Positions 33,864-44,223 of a DNA stretch of 64,000 nucleotides are shown here, piece after piece. The stretch comes from an uncultured Flavobacteriaceae bacterium (GTDB lineage: Bacteria; Bacteroidota; Bacteroidia; Flavobacteriales; Flavobacteriaceae): contig CASIAE010000005.1 of assembly GCA_949372605.1 (NCBI GenBank), positions 10,009 to 74,008 on the forward strand, read 5' to 3'. The position numbers and the translations under genes were made by a program. A model generated the notes under the pieces. It saw only the letters and a program-made list of their open reading frames with translations. It ran no database searches and had not been told where the DNA came from. Position 1 is the stretch's first letter. Every line of letters begins with the position of its first letter.

Positions 33864-36679
33864 TAGATAACTATATTGATTATTTTACCAGGAACAACAA
33901 TTACCTTTTTAGGTGAGTTTCCTTGAAGTTGATTTTGAGTTAGCTCTTCGTTAATTACTATTTGTTTAATCTCAGCTATACTTAAGCTTAATGAAAGCTT
34001 TAAAGTAAATCGCATCTTTCCATTAAATGAAACTGGGTAATCTTTGATTGTTTCTGTCACATGGGAAGCATCGAATAAGGGAAATGGCTCGAATTCAACA
34101 CTTTTAGTATGCCCCAAAATTGACCACATTTCCTCACTGAAGTGAGGTGTAAAAGGAGAAAGAAGTATAATAAGAGACGAAAGAATTTCGCGATTTGAAC
34201 AGTTTAAAGCACTCAATTCATTAACGCAAATCATAAAAGTGCTGATGCAAGTGTTAAAAGAATAACGCTCAATGTCATCGGATACCTTCTTTATCGTTTG
34301 GTGCAAAATCTTATAAGCTTCGGGGGATGGCTTATCGTCAGTAACAATAAGTTTTTCTTGATCATAAAACAAGCGCCATGATTTTTTCAGAAAATTATGC
34401 ACTCCGCTTATTCCGGCTGTATTCCAAGGTTTGTCTTGTTCAATAGGCCCTAAAAACATTTCATACATCCGCAAAGTATCTGCCCCGTATTTCTCACATA
34501 TTTTATCGGGATTGACCACGTTATATTTTGACTTAGACATTTTCTCCACCTCTCTCCCAACAATATACTTTCCCTCTTCAAGAATAAAGTTTGACTGCTC
34601 AAAATGTTTTTGCCATGATTTAACTTTTTCTACATCCAATTCGTTATTTAAATTAACGAAGGAAACATCAACATAAATGGACTCCACTTCTTGGCCATTT
34701 ATTAATCCTTTTGAAATAAAATCTTGAGTTCCTTTCTTGCGATAAATAAACGCAGAGTTCCCAAGAATCATACCTTGATTGATCAATTTTTTTGCATATT
34801 CTTCTACAGGTAAATATCCACGATCATAAAGGAATTTTTGCCAAAACCTAGAATACAGCAAATGCCCTGTTGCATGTTCGCCACCTCCCAGGTATAAGTC
34901 TACATCTTGCCAATAATCTAAAGCCTTCTTACCAACAAAATTCTCTTGATTTTGAGCATCCATATAGCGAATAAAGTACCAGGAACTACCTGCCCATCCG
35001 GGCATGGTGTTTAATTCCAGTGGGAAAATAATTTTATAATCAATATCGTCTACACTTACAACTTTCTCTAACTCAATGTTCCAAGCCCAATCTTTTGCAT
35101 TGCCCAAAGGTGGTTTTCCGTCCTCAGTCGGTAAATACTTCTCAACTTCTGGTAATTTAAGAGGTAAATGTTCTGATTTAAGCGGAAATGGAATTCCAGA
35201 CTTAAAATAGATTGGAATAGGTTCTCCCCAATACCTTTGACGACTAAAAACAGCATCCCTTAAACGATAGTTGACAGTTCCTTTTCCAGCGTTCAACTCT
35301 TCCAAAGCGTAAATACTTGTCTCAACCGCTTTTTTATATTGCAGACCATTTAAAAAATCTGAATTTACAAGTCCAACAGCAGCTTTTTCGGTATAGGCAG
35401 ACTCAGAAATATCAATTTGATCGAAAATATTGATGATAGGTATGTTAAAATATTTTGCAAAATCATAATCTCTTTGATCTCCACAGGGCACAGCCATTAC
35501 CGCTCCTGTCCCATAGCCAGCAAGGACATACTCTCCAATCCATACTTGTACCCTTTCTTTAGTAAAAGGGTGAATGGCATAAGCTCCAGTAAAAACACCA
35601 CTAATATTTTTCACTTCCGATTGACGTTCTCGATCAGACTTTTTAGCAGCCTCAACGATATAATCTTCTACAGCTCCCTTTTGCTCGGGAGTTGTTATTT
35701 TTTGAACTAATTCATGCTCTGGAGCCAAAGTCATAAAAGTTACACCAAAAATGGTATCGGGTCTTGTCGTAAAAACTTCAAGTCGACCTTGATGTAGTTC
35801 AAGTTCAAAATAAACAGAAGCACCAATGGATTTCCCAATCCAATTTCTTTGCATTTCTTTTAAAGAATTAGGCCAATCTATTGTATTTAAACCTTCGAGC
35901 AGTCGATTAGCATAAGCGCCAATTCGCATGCTCCATTGTCTCATTTTCTTTTTCGTAACCAGGTGACCTCCACGTTCAGAAACACCATTTACGATTTCAT
36001 CGTTAGCAAGAACTGTACCCAATGCTGAACACCAGTTCACTTCCGTATTAGATAAATAAGTCAATCTGTATTTTAATAAATACTCCTCCTTTTCTAATGT
36101 TCTCATGGCTTTCCATTGCTCAGCGCTAAATTCTGGAATATTATTATCACAATCGGCGTTAACATTTATATTTCCTTCCGCTTCAAAACATGCAATCAAT
36201 TTGCTAATTGGCTGCGCCTTATCATCATCTAAACAATAATAGGAATCAAAAAGTAACAGGAAAATCCATTGAGTCCATCGATAATAATCTGGGCTAGAAG
36301 TCTGTAATTCCCTACTCCAATCGAACGAAAACCCCATTTGATCAAGTTGTTCACGATAGCGTTTAACATTTGTTACTGTAGTTTTCGCTGGGTGTTGGCC
36401 GGTTTGTATGGCATATTGTTCTGCTGGGAGACCAAAAGAATCATATCCCTGCGGATGAAGCACATTAAACCCCTTGTGTCGCTTAAATCGTGCTATTATA
36501 TCACTGGCGATGTACCCCAACGGGTGCCCAACATGTAATCCAGCTCCGGAAGGATAAGGAAACATGTCCAATACATAATATTTCGGCTTATTACTTTGGT
36601 TTTCAACTTTAAAGGTTTCTTGTTCAGACCAGAATTTTTGCCATTTTTTTTCAATTTTTTGAAAATCGTATGTTACCAC
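33863..36679 (-). CDS. leuS: Leucine--tRNA ligase
   Basis: HIGH motif (GAGLHVGHPLGY) and a KMSKS motif (VEKMSKSKYN). 938 aa. Confidence 0.95.
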   Translation of the reverse strand: MVTYDFQKIEKKWQKFWSEQETFKVENQSNKPKYYVLDMFPYPSGAGLHVGHPLGYIASDIIARFKRHKGFNVLHPQGYDSFGLPAEQYAIQTGQHPAKTTVTNVKRYREQLDQMGFSFDWSRELQTSSPDYYRWTQWIFLLLFDSYYCLDDDKAQPISKLIACFEAEGNINVNADCDNNIPEFSAEQWKAMRTLEKEEYLLKYRLTYLSNTEVNWCSALGTVLANDEIVNGVSERGGHLVTKKKMRQWSMRIGAYANRLLEGLNTIDWPNSLKEMQRNWIGKSIGASVYFELELHQGRLEVFTTRPDTIFGVTFMTLAPEHELVQKITTPEQKGAVEDYIVEAAKKSDRERQSEVKNISGVFTGAYAIHPFTKERVQVWIGEYVLAGYGTGAVMAVPCGDQRDYDFAKYFNIPIINIFDQIDISESAYTEKAAVGLVNSDFLNGLQYKKAVETSIYALEELNAGKGTVNYRLRDAVFSRQRYWGEPIPIYFKSGIPFPLKSEHLPLKLPEVEKYLPTEDGKPPLGNAKDWAWNIELEKVVSVDDIDYKIIFPLELNTMPGWAGSSWYFIRYMDAQNQENFVGKKALDYWQDVDLYLGGGEHATGHLLYSRFWQKFLYDRGYLPVEEYAKKLINQGMILGNSAFIYRKKGTQDFISKGLINGQEVESIYVDVSFVNLNNELDVEKVKSWQKHFEQSNFILEEGKYIVGREVEKMSKSKYNVVNPDKICEKYGADTLRMYEMFLGPIEQDKPWNTAGISGVHNFLKKSWRLFYDQEKLIVTDDKPSPEAYKILHQTIKKVSDDIERYSFNTCISTFMICVNELSALNCSNREILSSLIILLSPFTPHFSEEMWSILGHTKSVEFEPFPLFDASHVTETIKDYPVSFNGKMRFTLKLSLSLSIAEIKQIVINEELTQNQLQGNSPKKVIVVPGKIINIVI

Positions 36680-36795
36680 GTTACATATTTTTAAGTAGTA
36701 AAAATACGTTTATTGAATGAAAGGAAAAAGTTTATGTCTTCCTTCATTATTTTTTAAAACTGGTTTACTATTTTTACTTAAAATATTTAAATATT

Positions 36796-37674
36796 TTGAA
36801 ACAAAAACCTGAAGAAAAATATTATAAACGTCGCTTAATTTCGAGTTACTTTTCTGTGGTTTTAAGTATAACCTTGGTTTTGTTTTTAATTGGAATTTTG
36901 GGTTTATTACTCCTTAATTCAAAAAAAGTGGCAGATCATTTTAAGGAACAAATTGCAATGACTGTCTACCTTAAAGGCTCGGTAAAAGAAATTGAAATTA
37001 AGCAATTACAAAAAACTTTAAGTCTTGAAGTCGCAACAAAAAAAACCGTTTTCATCACTAAAGAGGAAGCTTCCGCAGTTCATGCAAACGAAATCGGAGA
37101 GGATTTCATGGAGTTTTTAGGTTATAATCCCTTACTTAACTCAATCGATATCTATTTTAAATCGGCCTATGTTACTCCTTCTTTAATTGAAAAAATTAAA
37201 ATAAATATGGAGAGTTATGACTACATAAATGAAGTCAATTACGATCAACCCTTACTAGAATTATTAGACGAAAACATCAAGAAAATAACTTACTGGATAC
37301 TTTTCGCGAGTTCTATTTTTGTGGTAGTTGCCGTCTTGTTAATCAACAGTTCTATCCGGCTTTCGATATACTCCAAACGTTTTATAATCAGAACAATGCA
37401 ATTGGTTGGTGCCACCAAAAGTTTTATCAGAAAACCATTCATTAAGACCAATATTTTAATGAGTTTCATTGGTTCTTCAATAGCATTAATTGCACTTAGT
37501 GGGGTAATTTATGAAATGGACAAACGCTTTCCTGAATTGCAGATTTTAAACAACCCCCTCGAACCAGCGCTTATTTTTGTTAGCGTTTTCTTTTTAGGAT
37601 TGGGGATCACACTAATTAGCACTTTATTTGCAATGCAACGCTACCTTAATCTGAAATCTGAGGCTGTTTATTAA
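36796..37674 (+). CDS. ftsX: FtsX-like cell division permease
   Basis: TM1, a periplasmic domain, then 3 C-terminal TM helices. MQLVGATKSFIRKPF motif. TTG start. Confidence 0.8.
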   Translation: MKQKPEEKYYKRRLISSYFSVVLSITLVLFLIGILGLLLLNSKKVADHFKEQIAMTVYLKGSVKEIEIKQLQKTLSLEVATKKTVFITKEEASAVHANEIGEDFMEFLGYNPLLNSIDIYFKSAYVTPSLIEKIKINMESYDYINEVNYDQPLLELLDENIKKITYWILFASSIFVVVAVLLINSSIRLSIYSKRFIIRTMQLVGATKSFIRKPFIKTNILMSFIGSSIALIALSGVIYEMDKRFPELQILNNPLEPALIFVSVFFLGLGITLISTLFAMQRYLNLKSEAVY

Positions 37675-37683
37675 ATCAATTAT

Positions 37684-37926
37684 ATGAGTAAGATTAAACA
37701 AAAAAAAATATTATTTGGAGTGAGAAATTATAAGTTCTTGATGTTTTCCATTCTATTAATCACACTCGGATTTATTTTAATGTCAGGCGGGGGAAGTGAT
37801 GATCCAAATGTTTTTAATCCTGAAATATTTAGTTTCCGAAGGATTCGTTTGGCACCAACAGTAATTCTCATTGGATTTTCCATGGCAATCTACGCTATCC
37901 TTTTAGCACCTAAGAAAAGTAAATGA
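37684..37926 (+). CDS. DUF3098 small membrane protein
   Basis: 80 aa with two TM helices. The ftsX-DUF3098-uppP order is typical of Bacteroidetes. Confidence 0.7.
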   Translation: MSKIKQKKILFGVRNYKFLMFSILLITLGFILMSGGGSDDPNVFNPEIFSFRRIRLAPTVILIGFSMAIYAILLAPKKSK

Positions 37927-38711
37927 GTTTATTTGAAAGCCTAATCCTTGGAATCATCCAAGGACTCACAGAGTTTCTTCCGGTTTCTTCAAGTGGTCAT
38001 CTTGAGGTTTTTAAAGTGATATTTGGCAGTGACTACCAGCCAAAAGAGAGCCTATTAATCACCATAACCCTTCATTCGGCAACGGCACTTAGCACTTTGT
38101 TTTATTTTAGAAAAGACATCTATTATATATTTAAAGAATTGTTGCGATTTGAAAAAAGTAAAAGTTTAGATTTTACACTTAAAATTATATTGTCAATGAT
38201 CCCCGCGGTTATTGTTGGGCTTTTTTTTGAAGATTTTATCGCAAATTTATTTAACGGAAACCTTTTATTAGTTGGTTTTATGCTAATAATCACAGCCTTT
38301 TTATTATTTCAAGCAGATCGCATTAGTACAAACAACAAACCCTTGAATTATCGTTCTGTACTATTAATTGGAGTCATTCAAGCGATTGCAATTCTTCCAG
38401 GGATTTCAAGAAGTGGTGCGACGATTGCAATGGCAGTGGTGCTCGGTATTGATCGAGAAAAAGCGGCTAGATTTTCTTTTTTAATGGTCATTCCTCTAAT
38501 TTTTGGAAGCATGGTGAATCGCCTTTTAAAAATCGATTCTGTTACTCAGTCTTTAGATTTATTTTCCCTTTTGGTTGGGTTTATTACAGCATTTATCACT
38601 GGAATTTTTGCTTGTAAATGGATGATTGCAATCGTCAAGAAAAGCCAATTGAAATACTTTAGTTTTTACTGCATCGTTGTGGGTGTTATTGCAATTGTCT
38701 ATGCATTCTAA
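37923..38711 (+). CDS. uppP: Undecaprenyl-diphosphate phosphatase
   Basis: GIIQGLTEFLPVSSSGHL and PGISRSGATI motifs. Confidence 0.9.
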   Translation: MSLFESLILGIIQGLTEFLPVSSSGHLEVFKVIFGSDYQPKESLLITITLHSATALSTLFYFRKDIYYIFKELLRFEKSKSLDFTLKIILSMIPAVIVGLFFEDFIANLFNGNLLLVGFMLIITAFLLFQADRISTNNKPLNYRSVLLIGVIQAIAILPGISRSGATIAMAVVLGIDREKAARFSFLMVIPLIFGSMVNRLLKIDSVTQSLDLFSLLVGFITAFITGIFACKWMIAIVKKSQLKYFSFYCIVVGVIAIVYAF

Positions 38712-39411
38712 ATTAGAATTTAACGAAGCTTCAGTAATCGAAGGACAACTTCTTTTGATTGATAAGCCCCTAAACTGGACTTCTTTTCAGGTTGTGAATA
38801 AAATTCGTTGGGAGTTAAAAAACAAGTTTGGCATTAAAAAACTGAAAGTCGGACACGCGGGAACTTTAGATCCCTTAGCAACAGGTCTTTTGTTGGTGTG
38901 TACTGGAAAAATGACTAAGGAAATTTCTGAAATTCAAGCACTAGTGAAGGAGTACACAGGGTCATTTACAATGGGAGCCACTACCCCCTCTTATGATCTT
39001 GAAACTTCTATTGATGGCACTTTCCCGACAGACCATCTCGATGACAATGCCCTAAAGGAAGTCATCAATCAATTTATTGGGGTAGTTGATCAATATCCTC
39101 CAGTTTTCTCAGCTATAAAAAAACATGGCAGAAGACTCTACAAATATGCCAGAAAGGGAGAAGAAATAAAAATTAACTCGAGACAGGTTGAAATTTTAGC
39201 ATTTGAACTAACAGAAATCAAGCTGCCCACAATAGATTTTTATGTAAAGTGCTCCAAAGGCACCTACATCAGGTCTTTGGCAAATGATTATGGAAAAGCC
39301 TTAAGGTCAGGCGCTCATCTGAGTAGTTTAAGAAGAACCGCTATTGGCTTGCATCGCATTGAAGAAGCTTATACTATTAAACAAATTACAGCAGAGCTAG
39401 AACTAATATAA
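38701..39411 (+). CDS. truB: tRNA pseudouridine(55) synthase
   Basis: LLIDKPLNWTSF and the GHAGTLDPLATGLL catalytic Asp motif. Start taken at ATG 38701, overlapping the uppP stop. Confidence 0.9.
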   Translation: MHSKLEFNEASVIEGQLLLIDKPLNWTSFQVVNKIRWELKNKFGIKKLKVGHAGTLDPLATGLLLVCTGKMTKEISEIQALVKEYTGSFTMGATTPSYDLETSIDGTFPTDHLDDNALKEVINQFIGVVDQYPPVFSAIKKHGRRLYKYARKGEEIKINSRQVEILAFELTEIKLPTIDFYVKCSKGTYIRSLANDYGKALRSGAHLSSLRRTAIGLHRIEEAYTIKQITAELELI

Positions 39412-39473
39412 TCCCAACTTAATAGCTTTAGATTCTTTGTTTTTTAATAATTTTACAAAAATATAATCTTTCC

Positions 39474-40469
39474 ATGGATTTAACTACGGATGAAACCCAA
39501 GAACGTCTTCATAAAAAAGGTTATTTAGATTTCTCTGTTTCTAAAAATATTGATCTAGTTGGCGAAATAAATCGTCTTAAAAAAGAAAAGAAGGCAGTAA
39601 TTCTGGCGCATTATTATCAAGAACCAGAAATTCAAGAACTTGCCGATTATCTTGGAGATAGTCTTTTTCTAGCTCAAGCTGTAGAAAAAATTGCTGCGGA
39701 TATTATCGTTTTTGCTGGAGTACACTTCATGGCGGAGACTGCAAAAATAATCAACCCTAATAAAAAAGTATTGCTTCCTGACTTGAAAGCAGGCTGTTCG
39801 CTCGCCGATTCTTGTCCTCCTCATGAATTTGAAAAATTTATTTCAAAATATCCGGGTGCTCACGTGGTGACTTACATTAATTGTTCGGCGGAAATAAAAG
39901 CATTAAGCACTATTGTTTGCACGTCTAGTAATGCCGTAAGAATTATAGATTCGATTCCTGAAAATGAAACCATAATTTTTGCACCTGACAGAAACCTAGG
40001 ACGTTATCTGATAAAAGAAACGGGGAGAAACATGATATTGTGGGACGGATCATGTATCGTGCATGAAGCCTTTTCATTTGATAGAATTGTTGCGCTTGCC
40101 AAAGAATATCCAAATGCGAAGTTTATCGCCCATCCTGAAAGTGAATCTCAAGTTTTGGATATTGCCCATTATGTAGGCAGTACTTCGGGATTATTAAAAT
40201 ATGTTCAAAAAAATGAAGCGACTTCATTTATCGTGGCTACCGAGGCAGGAATTTTATATGAAATGCAAAATCGCTGCCCTGATAAAACATTTATTCCTGC
40301 ACCAGTAGAAGACGAAACTTGTGCTTGTAGCGAGTGTGCATTTATGAAGCTCAATACCCTTGAAAAACTCTATTTGTGCCTAAAACATGAACAACCTGAG
40401 ATCATTTTATCTCAAGAATTGATAGACAAAGCAAAATTACCCATCACACGAATGTTGACTTTAGGTTAA
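39474..40469 (+). CDS. nadA: Quinolinate synthase
   Basis: VILAHYYQ, FMAETAKI and three Cys ligands. First gene of nadA-B-C. Confidence 0.9.
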   Translation: MDLTTDETQERLHKKGYLDFSVSKNIDLVGEINRLKKEKKAVILAHYYQEPEIQELADYLGDSLFLAQAVEKIAADIIVFAGVHFMAETAKIINPNKKVLLPDLKAGCSLADSCPPHEFEKFISKYPGAHVVTYINCSAEIKALSTIVCTSSNAVRIIDSIPENETIIFAPDRNLGRYLIKETGRNMILWDGSCIVHEAFSFDRIVALAKEYPNAKFIAHPESESQVLDIAHYVGSTSGLLKYVQKNEATSFIVATEAGILYEMQNRCPDKTFIPAPVEDETCACSECAFMKLNTLEKLYLCLKHEQPEIILSQELIDKAKLPITRMLTLG

Positions 40470-40473
40470 GCAT

Positions 40474-42027
40474 ATGATTACTAATATTCTAGTTATAGGC
40501 AGTGGAATTTCCGGCTTGACCTATGCCATTAAAGTAGCAGAGCAAAACCCCGAATTAGCGATCGTAATGATCTCGAAGAATAATCTGTTGGAGAGTAATA
40601 CTCGGTATGCTCAGGGTGGAATTGCAGTGGTTTCTAATTTTAAAAATGATTCCTTCGAAAAACACATCTCTGACACTCAAATTGCAGGCGCAGGAAAATG
40701 CAATGAAGTTGTTGTACGATTTGTTGTGGAAGAAGGTCACGATCGGGTTCAAGAATTGATCGAATGGGGAGCGCACTTTGACACAAATAAAAATACACTT
40801 CATTTAACCAAAGAAGGAGGACATTCTGAAAAAAGAATAATACATAATAAAGATCGGACTGGGCTTGAAATACAACAAGCTTTAATTAAAAAAATAAAAA
40901 CTTTCACTAACATCACTTTGTTAGAGAACCACACCTTGGTTGATTTAATCACAGATCACCACACTGGGAGTGACTACAAACGTTGTTATGGCGCATACGT
41001 CATCTCAAACACCCAACAAGAAATTATTAAAATTTCTGCTCAAATCACCATTCTTTCTACCGGGGGTGCTGGGCAATTATTTTCCTATACTACCAATCCT
41101 AAGAATGCAACTGGCGATGGTCTTGGTGCTGCATATCGTGCCAAGGTAAAAATTGAGGGACTGCCTTTTGTTCAGTTTCACCCAACTGCTCTATTTCCAA
41201 AGATAAAAGACAATACGTTTTTAATTTCAGAAGCAGTTCGTGGAGAAGGCGCGCTACTTTTAACGAAAAGTGGAAAGCGATTCATGCCTTATTATGACTC
41301 AAATGCTGAGCTCGCTCCACGAGACATTGTTGCAAGATCTATTGCACAAGAAATTATGAAATCAGGAGATGACTTTGTTCACCTTGACTGCAGTTCAATC
41401 AGTGAAATGGAATTTCAGAATCATTTCCCAACGATTAGAAAAAGCTGTAGTTCGGTAGGAATTAATCCTCCAAAAGATTTCATACCAGTTATCCCTGCTG
41501 CACATTATTTCTGTGGTGGATTAAAAGTTAACGAACAAGGAGAAACACGACTAAAGGGGCTCTATGCAATCGGTGAATGTAGCCACACTGGGCTTCATGG
41601 AGCCAACAGATTGGCTTCAAATTCTTTGCTTGAATCTTTGGTTTTTTCTCATCGTGCCGCTTTAGATTCTTTGAAGCAGTTAAAAGAAATTCTCCCCACC
41701 AATTCTTTTTATGAAGCAATTTCTGAATGGAAAGGGCAACATTATATTTCCAACGAAAAAATAAGTGCTATAGATAAATTAAAAAAAGAACTGCAAGAAA
41801 TGATGAGTATCAAGGTGGGGATTTTCAAAACTTCTAAAGGCCTTATGGAAGCAGAAGTTGGACTTAAAAAAATATTTTTTGAAACCCAAAAAATTTATAA
41901 ACAAAACAAATTAACGCTTGGCGTATGTGAATTAAGAAACATGGTTAGTGTTGCTTACCTAATGATCAAGCAATCCCAGGAGCTCAAAGCTAACGTTGGC
42001 GTATTTTACAATCACGATTATGCATGA
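40474..42027 (+). CDS. nadB: L-aspartate oxidase
   Basis: VIGSGISGL FAD motif, HYFCGG and GLHGANRLASNSLLE. Confidence 0.9.
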   Translation: MITNILVIGSGISGLTYAIKVAEQNPELAIVMISKNNLLESNTRYAQGGIAVVSNFKNDSFEKHISDTQIAGAGKCNEVVVRFVVEEGHDRVQELIEWGAHFDTNKNTLHLTKEGGHSEKRIIHNKDRTGLEIQQALIKKIKTFTNITLLENHTLVDLITDHHTGSDYKRCYGAYVISNTQQEIIKISAQITILSTGGAGQLFSYTTNPKNATGDGLGAAYRAKVKIEGLPFVQFHPTALFPKIKDNTFLISEAVRGEGALLLTKSGKRFMPYYDSNAELAPRDIVARSIAQEIMKSGDDFVHLDCSSISEMEFQNHFPTIRKSCSSVGINPPKDFIPVIPAAHYFCGGLKVNEQGETRLKGLYAIGECSHTGLHGANRLASNSLLESLVFSHRAALDSLKQLKEILPTNSFYEAISEWKGQHYISNEKISAIDKLKKELQEMMSIKVGIFKTSKGLMEAEVGLKKIFFETQKIYKQNKLTLGVCELRNMVSVAYLMIKQSQELKANVGVFYNHDYA

Positions 42028-42883
42028 TAATTTCTATTCAAAATACAGCGCTGAAATTGATCGTTTTATAAAGCAATCCTTACAGGAAGACATTGAAACT
42101 GGTGATCACAGTAGCAGTTCTTGCCTTGACGGTGACAAAACTGAAACCGCTAATTTGTTAGTAAAAGAATCATGTGTTGTTGCTGGAATTTCATTAGCGG
42201 AGAAAATTTTTAAAAAATTTGACCCCGAACTTGTGGTTGAAAAACACTTCGGAGAAGGAACGGAGCTTGATAAAGGAGAAATTGTTTTCTCAGTAACAGG
42301 AAAAGTAAAATCTATCCTGGCAACAGAACGTTTGGCGCTGAATTGCATGCAACGAATGAGTGGAATTGCTTCATTAACAAAGAGTTTAACTGATAAAATC
42401 GTTCACACCCATTGCAAGATATTGGACACTCGAAAGACAACCCCCTGTTTCCGATATCCTGAAAAATGGGCTGTTGTCATCGGAGGTGGGCACAACCATA
42501 GAATGGGACTTTTCGATGCCATCATGATCAAGGACAATCATCTTGATTTTTGTGGTGGGATGAAAAAAACATTAGAAAAGACAAAGGAATATTTAGAAAA
42601 AAATATGCTCGACATCCCAGTAATTGTTGAGGTGAGAAATCAAAAAGAGATTATGGAGACGCTTGATTTCAGTTGGATTAAACGAATTATTTTAGATAAT
42701 ATGAATCTCGAGGAATTGATTAAAAGCATCAAATTAATCGATGGACATTTTCCAACGGAAGCTTCTGGCAATATAACTGCTAAAAACCTAGTTCAAATTG
42801 CAGAAACTGGAGTGGACTTCATTTCAATGGGTGCCTTAACTCATTCTGCTAGAAATATTGATTTGAGTTTAAAGGCATTATAA
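42020..42883 (+). CDS. nadC: Nicotinate-nucleotide diphosphorylase (carboxylating)
   Basis: RLALNCMQRMSGIAS, DTRKTTP and MIKDNH motifs. ATG 42020 overlaps the nadB stop. Confidence 0.9.
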   Translation: MHDNFYSKYSAEIDRFIKQSLQEDIETGDHSSSSCLDGDKTETANLLVKESCVVAGISLAEKIFKKFDPELVVEKHFGEGTELDKGEIVFSVTGKVKSILATERLALNCMQRMSGIASLTKSLTDKIVHTHCKILDTRKTTPCFRYPEKWAVVIGGGHNHRMGLFDAIMIKDNHLDFCGGMKKTLEKTKEYLEKNMLDIPVIVEVRNQKEIMETLDFSWIKRIILDNMNLEELIKSIKLIDGHFPTEASGNITAKNLVQIAETGVDFISMGALTHSARNIDLSLKAL

Positions 42884-42929
42884 GAATCGCTCTATATTTG
42901 CTATATTAGCATGAATATTTCTTTCATCT

Positions 42930-43634
42930 ATGAAATACAAAAGAATATTGTTGAAACTAAGCGGTGAAGCGCTTATGGGAGATCAAAACCACGGTATAGA
43001 TCCAATCCGAATGAAGGAATATGCCGAGGAGATTAAACAGATTCAACAAACAGGAACTGAAATTGCCATTGTAATTGGTGGTGGAAACATTTTTAGAGGG
43101 GTTTCTGGAGCTAGTAAAGGAATGGATCGCGTTCAAGCAGATTACATGGGAATGCTCGCCACCGTTATTAACGGACTTGCACTTCAAAGTGCTTTAGAAA
43201 ACGCAGATGTCCCAACCCGATTACAAACCGCAATTAGAATTGAAGCCATCGCTGAACCTTTTATTAAGAGACGAGCTACAAGGCATTTGGAAAAAGGAAG
43301 AGTTGTCATTTTTGGATCAGGAACAGGAAATCCATATTTCACAACCGACTCCGCAGCAGTGCTTCGGGCTATAGAAATCAATGCTGATGTTATCTTAAAA
43401 GGAACTCGCGTAGATGGAATATACAATGAAGATCCAGAAAAAAACAAAGAAGCTATTAAGTTCGATTCCCTTTCTTTTGATGAAGTATTAAAAAAAGGAT
43501 TGAAGGTAATGGATACCACAGCCTTTACACTTAGTCAAGAAAACAATCTCCCTATTATTGTTTTTGACATGAATACAAAAGGCAATTTGAGTAGAATAAT
43601 AAACGGTGAAAACATCGGTACACGTGTCATTTAA
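42930..43634 (+). CDS. pyrH: UMP kinase
   Basis: [12 protein letters not shown] and [10 protein letters not shown] motifs. Confidence 0.95.
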   Translation: MKYKRILLKLSGEALMGDQNHGIDPIRMKEYAEEIKQIQQTGTEIAIVIGGGNIFRGVSGASKGMDRVQADYMGMLATVINGLALQSALENADVPTRLQTAIRIEAIAEPFIKRRATRHLEKGRVVIFGSGTGNPYFTTDSAAVLRAIEINADVILKGTRVDGIYNEDPEKNKEAIKFDSLSFDEVLKKGLKVMDTTAFTLSQENNLPIIVFDMNTKGNLSRIINGENIGTRVI

Positions 43635-43649
43635 ATACCATTATTAATA

Positions 43650-44204
43650 ATGAATGAAGAAATACTAATCATCGTTGAGACTGCTAAAGAAAGTATGGAG
43701 TCCTCCATTCTTCATCTAGAAAAAGAGTTACTCAATGTAAGGGCAGGAAAAGCAAACCCCGTAATGCTTAAAAGTATTATGGTTGATTATTACGGAACTG
43801 CTACGCCTCTGAGCCAAGTCGCTAATGTAAATACCCCTGATGCGAGAACTCTATCCATTCAGCCTTGGGAAAAAACATTACTTTCTGAAATCGAAAAAGC
43901 AATTCTTCATGCAAACATTGGATTCAACCCAATGAATAATGGAGAGTCAATTATCATTAACGTTCCGCCTTTAACCGAAGAAAGAAGAAATGATTTAGTC
44001 AAGCTTGCTAAAACTGAAGTCGAAAACGCAAAAGTTGGAATTCGAAATGCAAGAAAGGATGGAAATTCTGAAATTAAAAAATCTGCTGTTTCAGAAGACC
44101 TCCAAAAAAATGCTGAAATTGATATCCAAGAATTAACGGATAACTTTATTACTTTAGTAGATCAAGTCTTTTCTACCAAAGAGAAGGAAATACTCACAGT
44201 GTAA
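43650..44204 (+). CDS. frr: Ribosome recycling factor
   Basis: 184 aa with VRAGKANPVMLKSIMVDYYG. Directly downstream of pyrH. Confidence 0.95.
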   Translation: MNEEILIIVETAKESMESSILHLEKELLNVRAGKANPVMLKSIMVDYYGTATPLSQVANVNTPDARTLSIQPWEKTLLSEIEKAILHANIGFNPMNNGESIIINVPPLTEERRNDLVKLAKTEVENAKVGIRNARKDGNSEIKKSAVSEDLQKNAEIDIQELTDNFITLVDQVFSTKEKEILTV

Positions 44205-44223
44205 TCAAATCCCAAAAAGCAAC

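Noticed and set aside
43184-43519. A 111-aa antisense ORF within pyrH (also 42957..43187)
   Set aside because: pyrH is unambiguous. Long antisense ORFs of this kind are common on the complement of highly expressed genes, and the sequence is Ser/Thr/Ala-rich without motifs.
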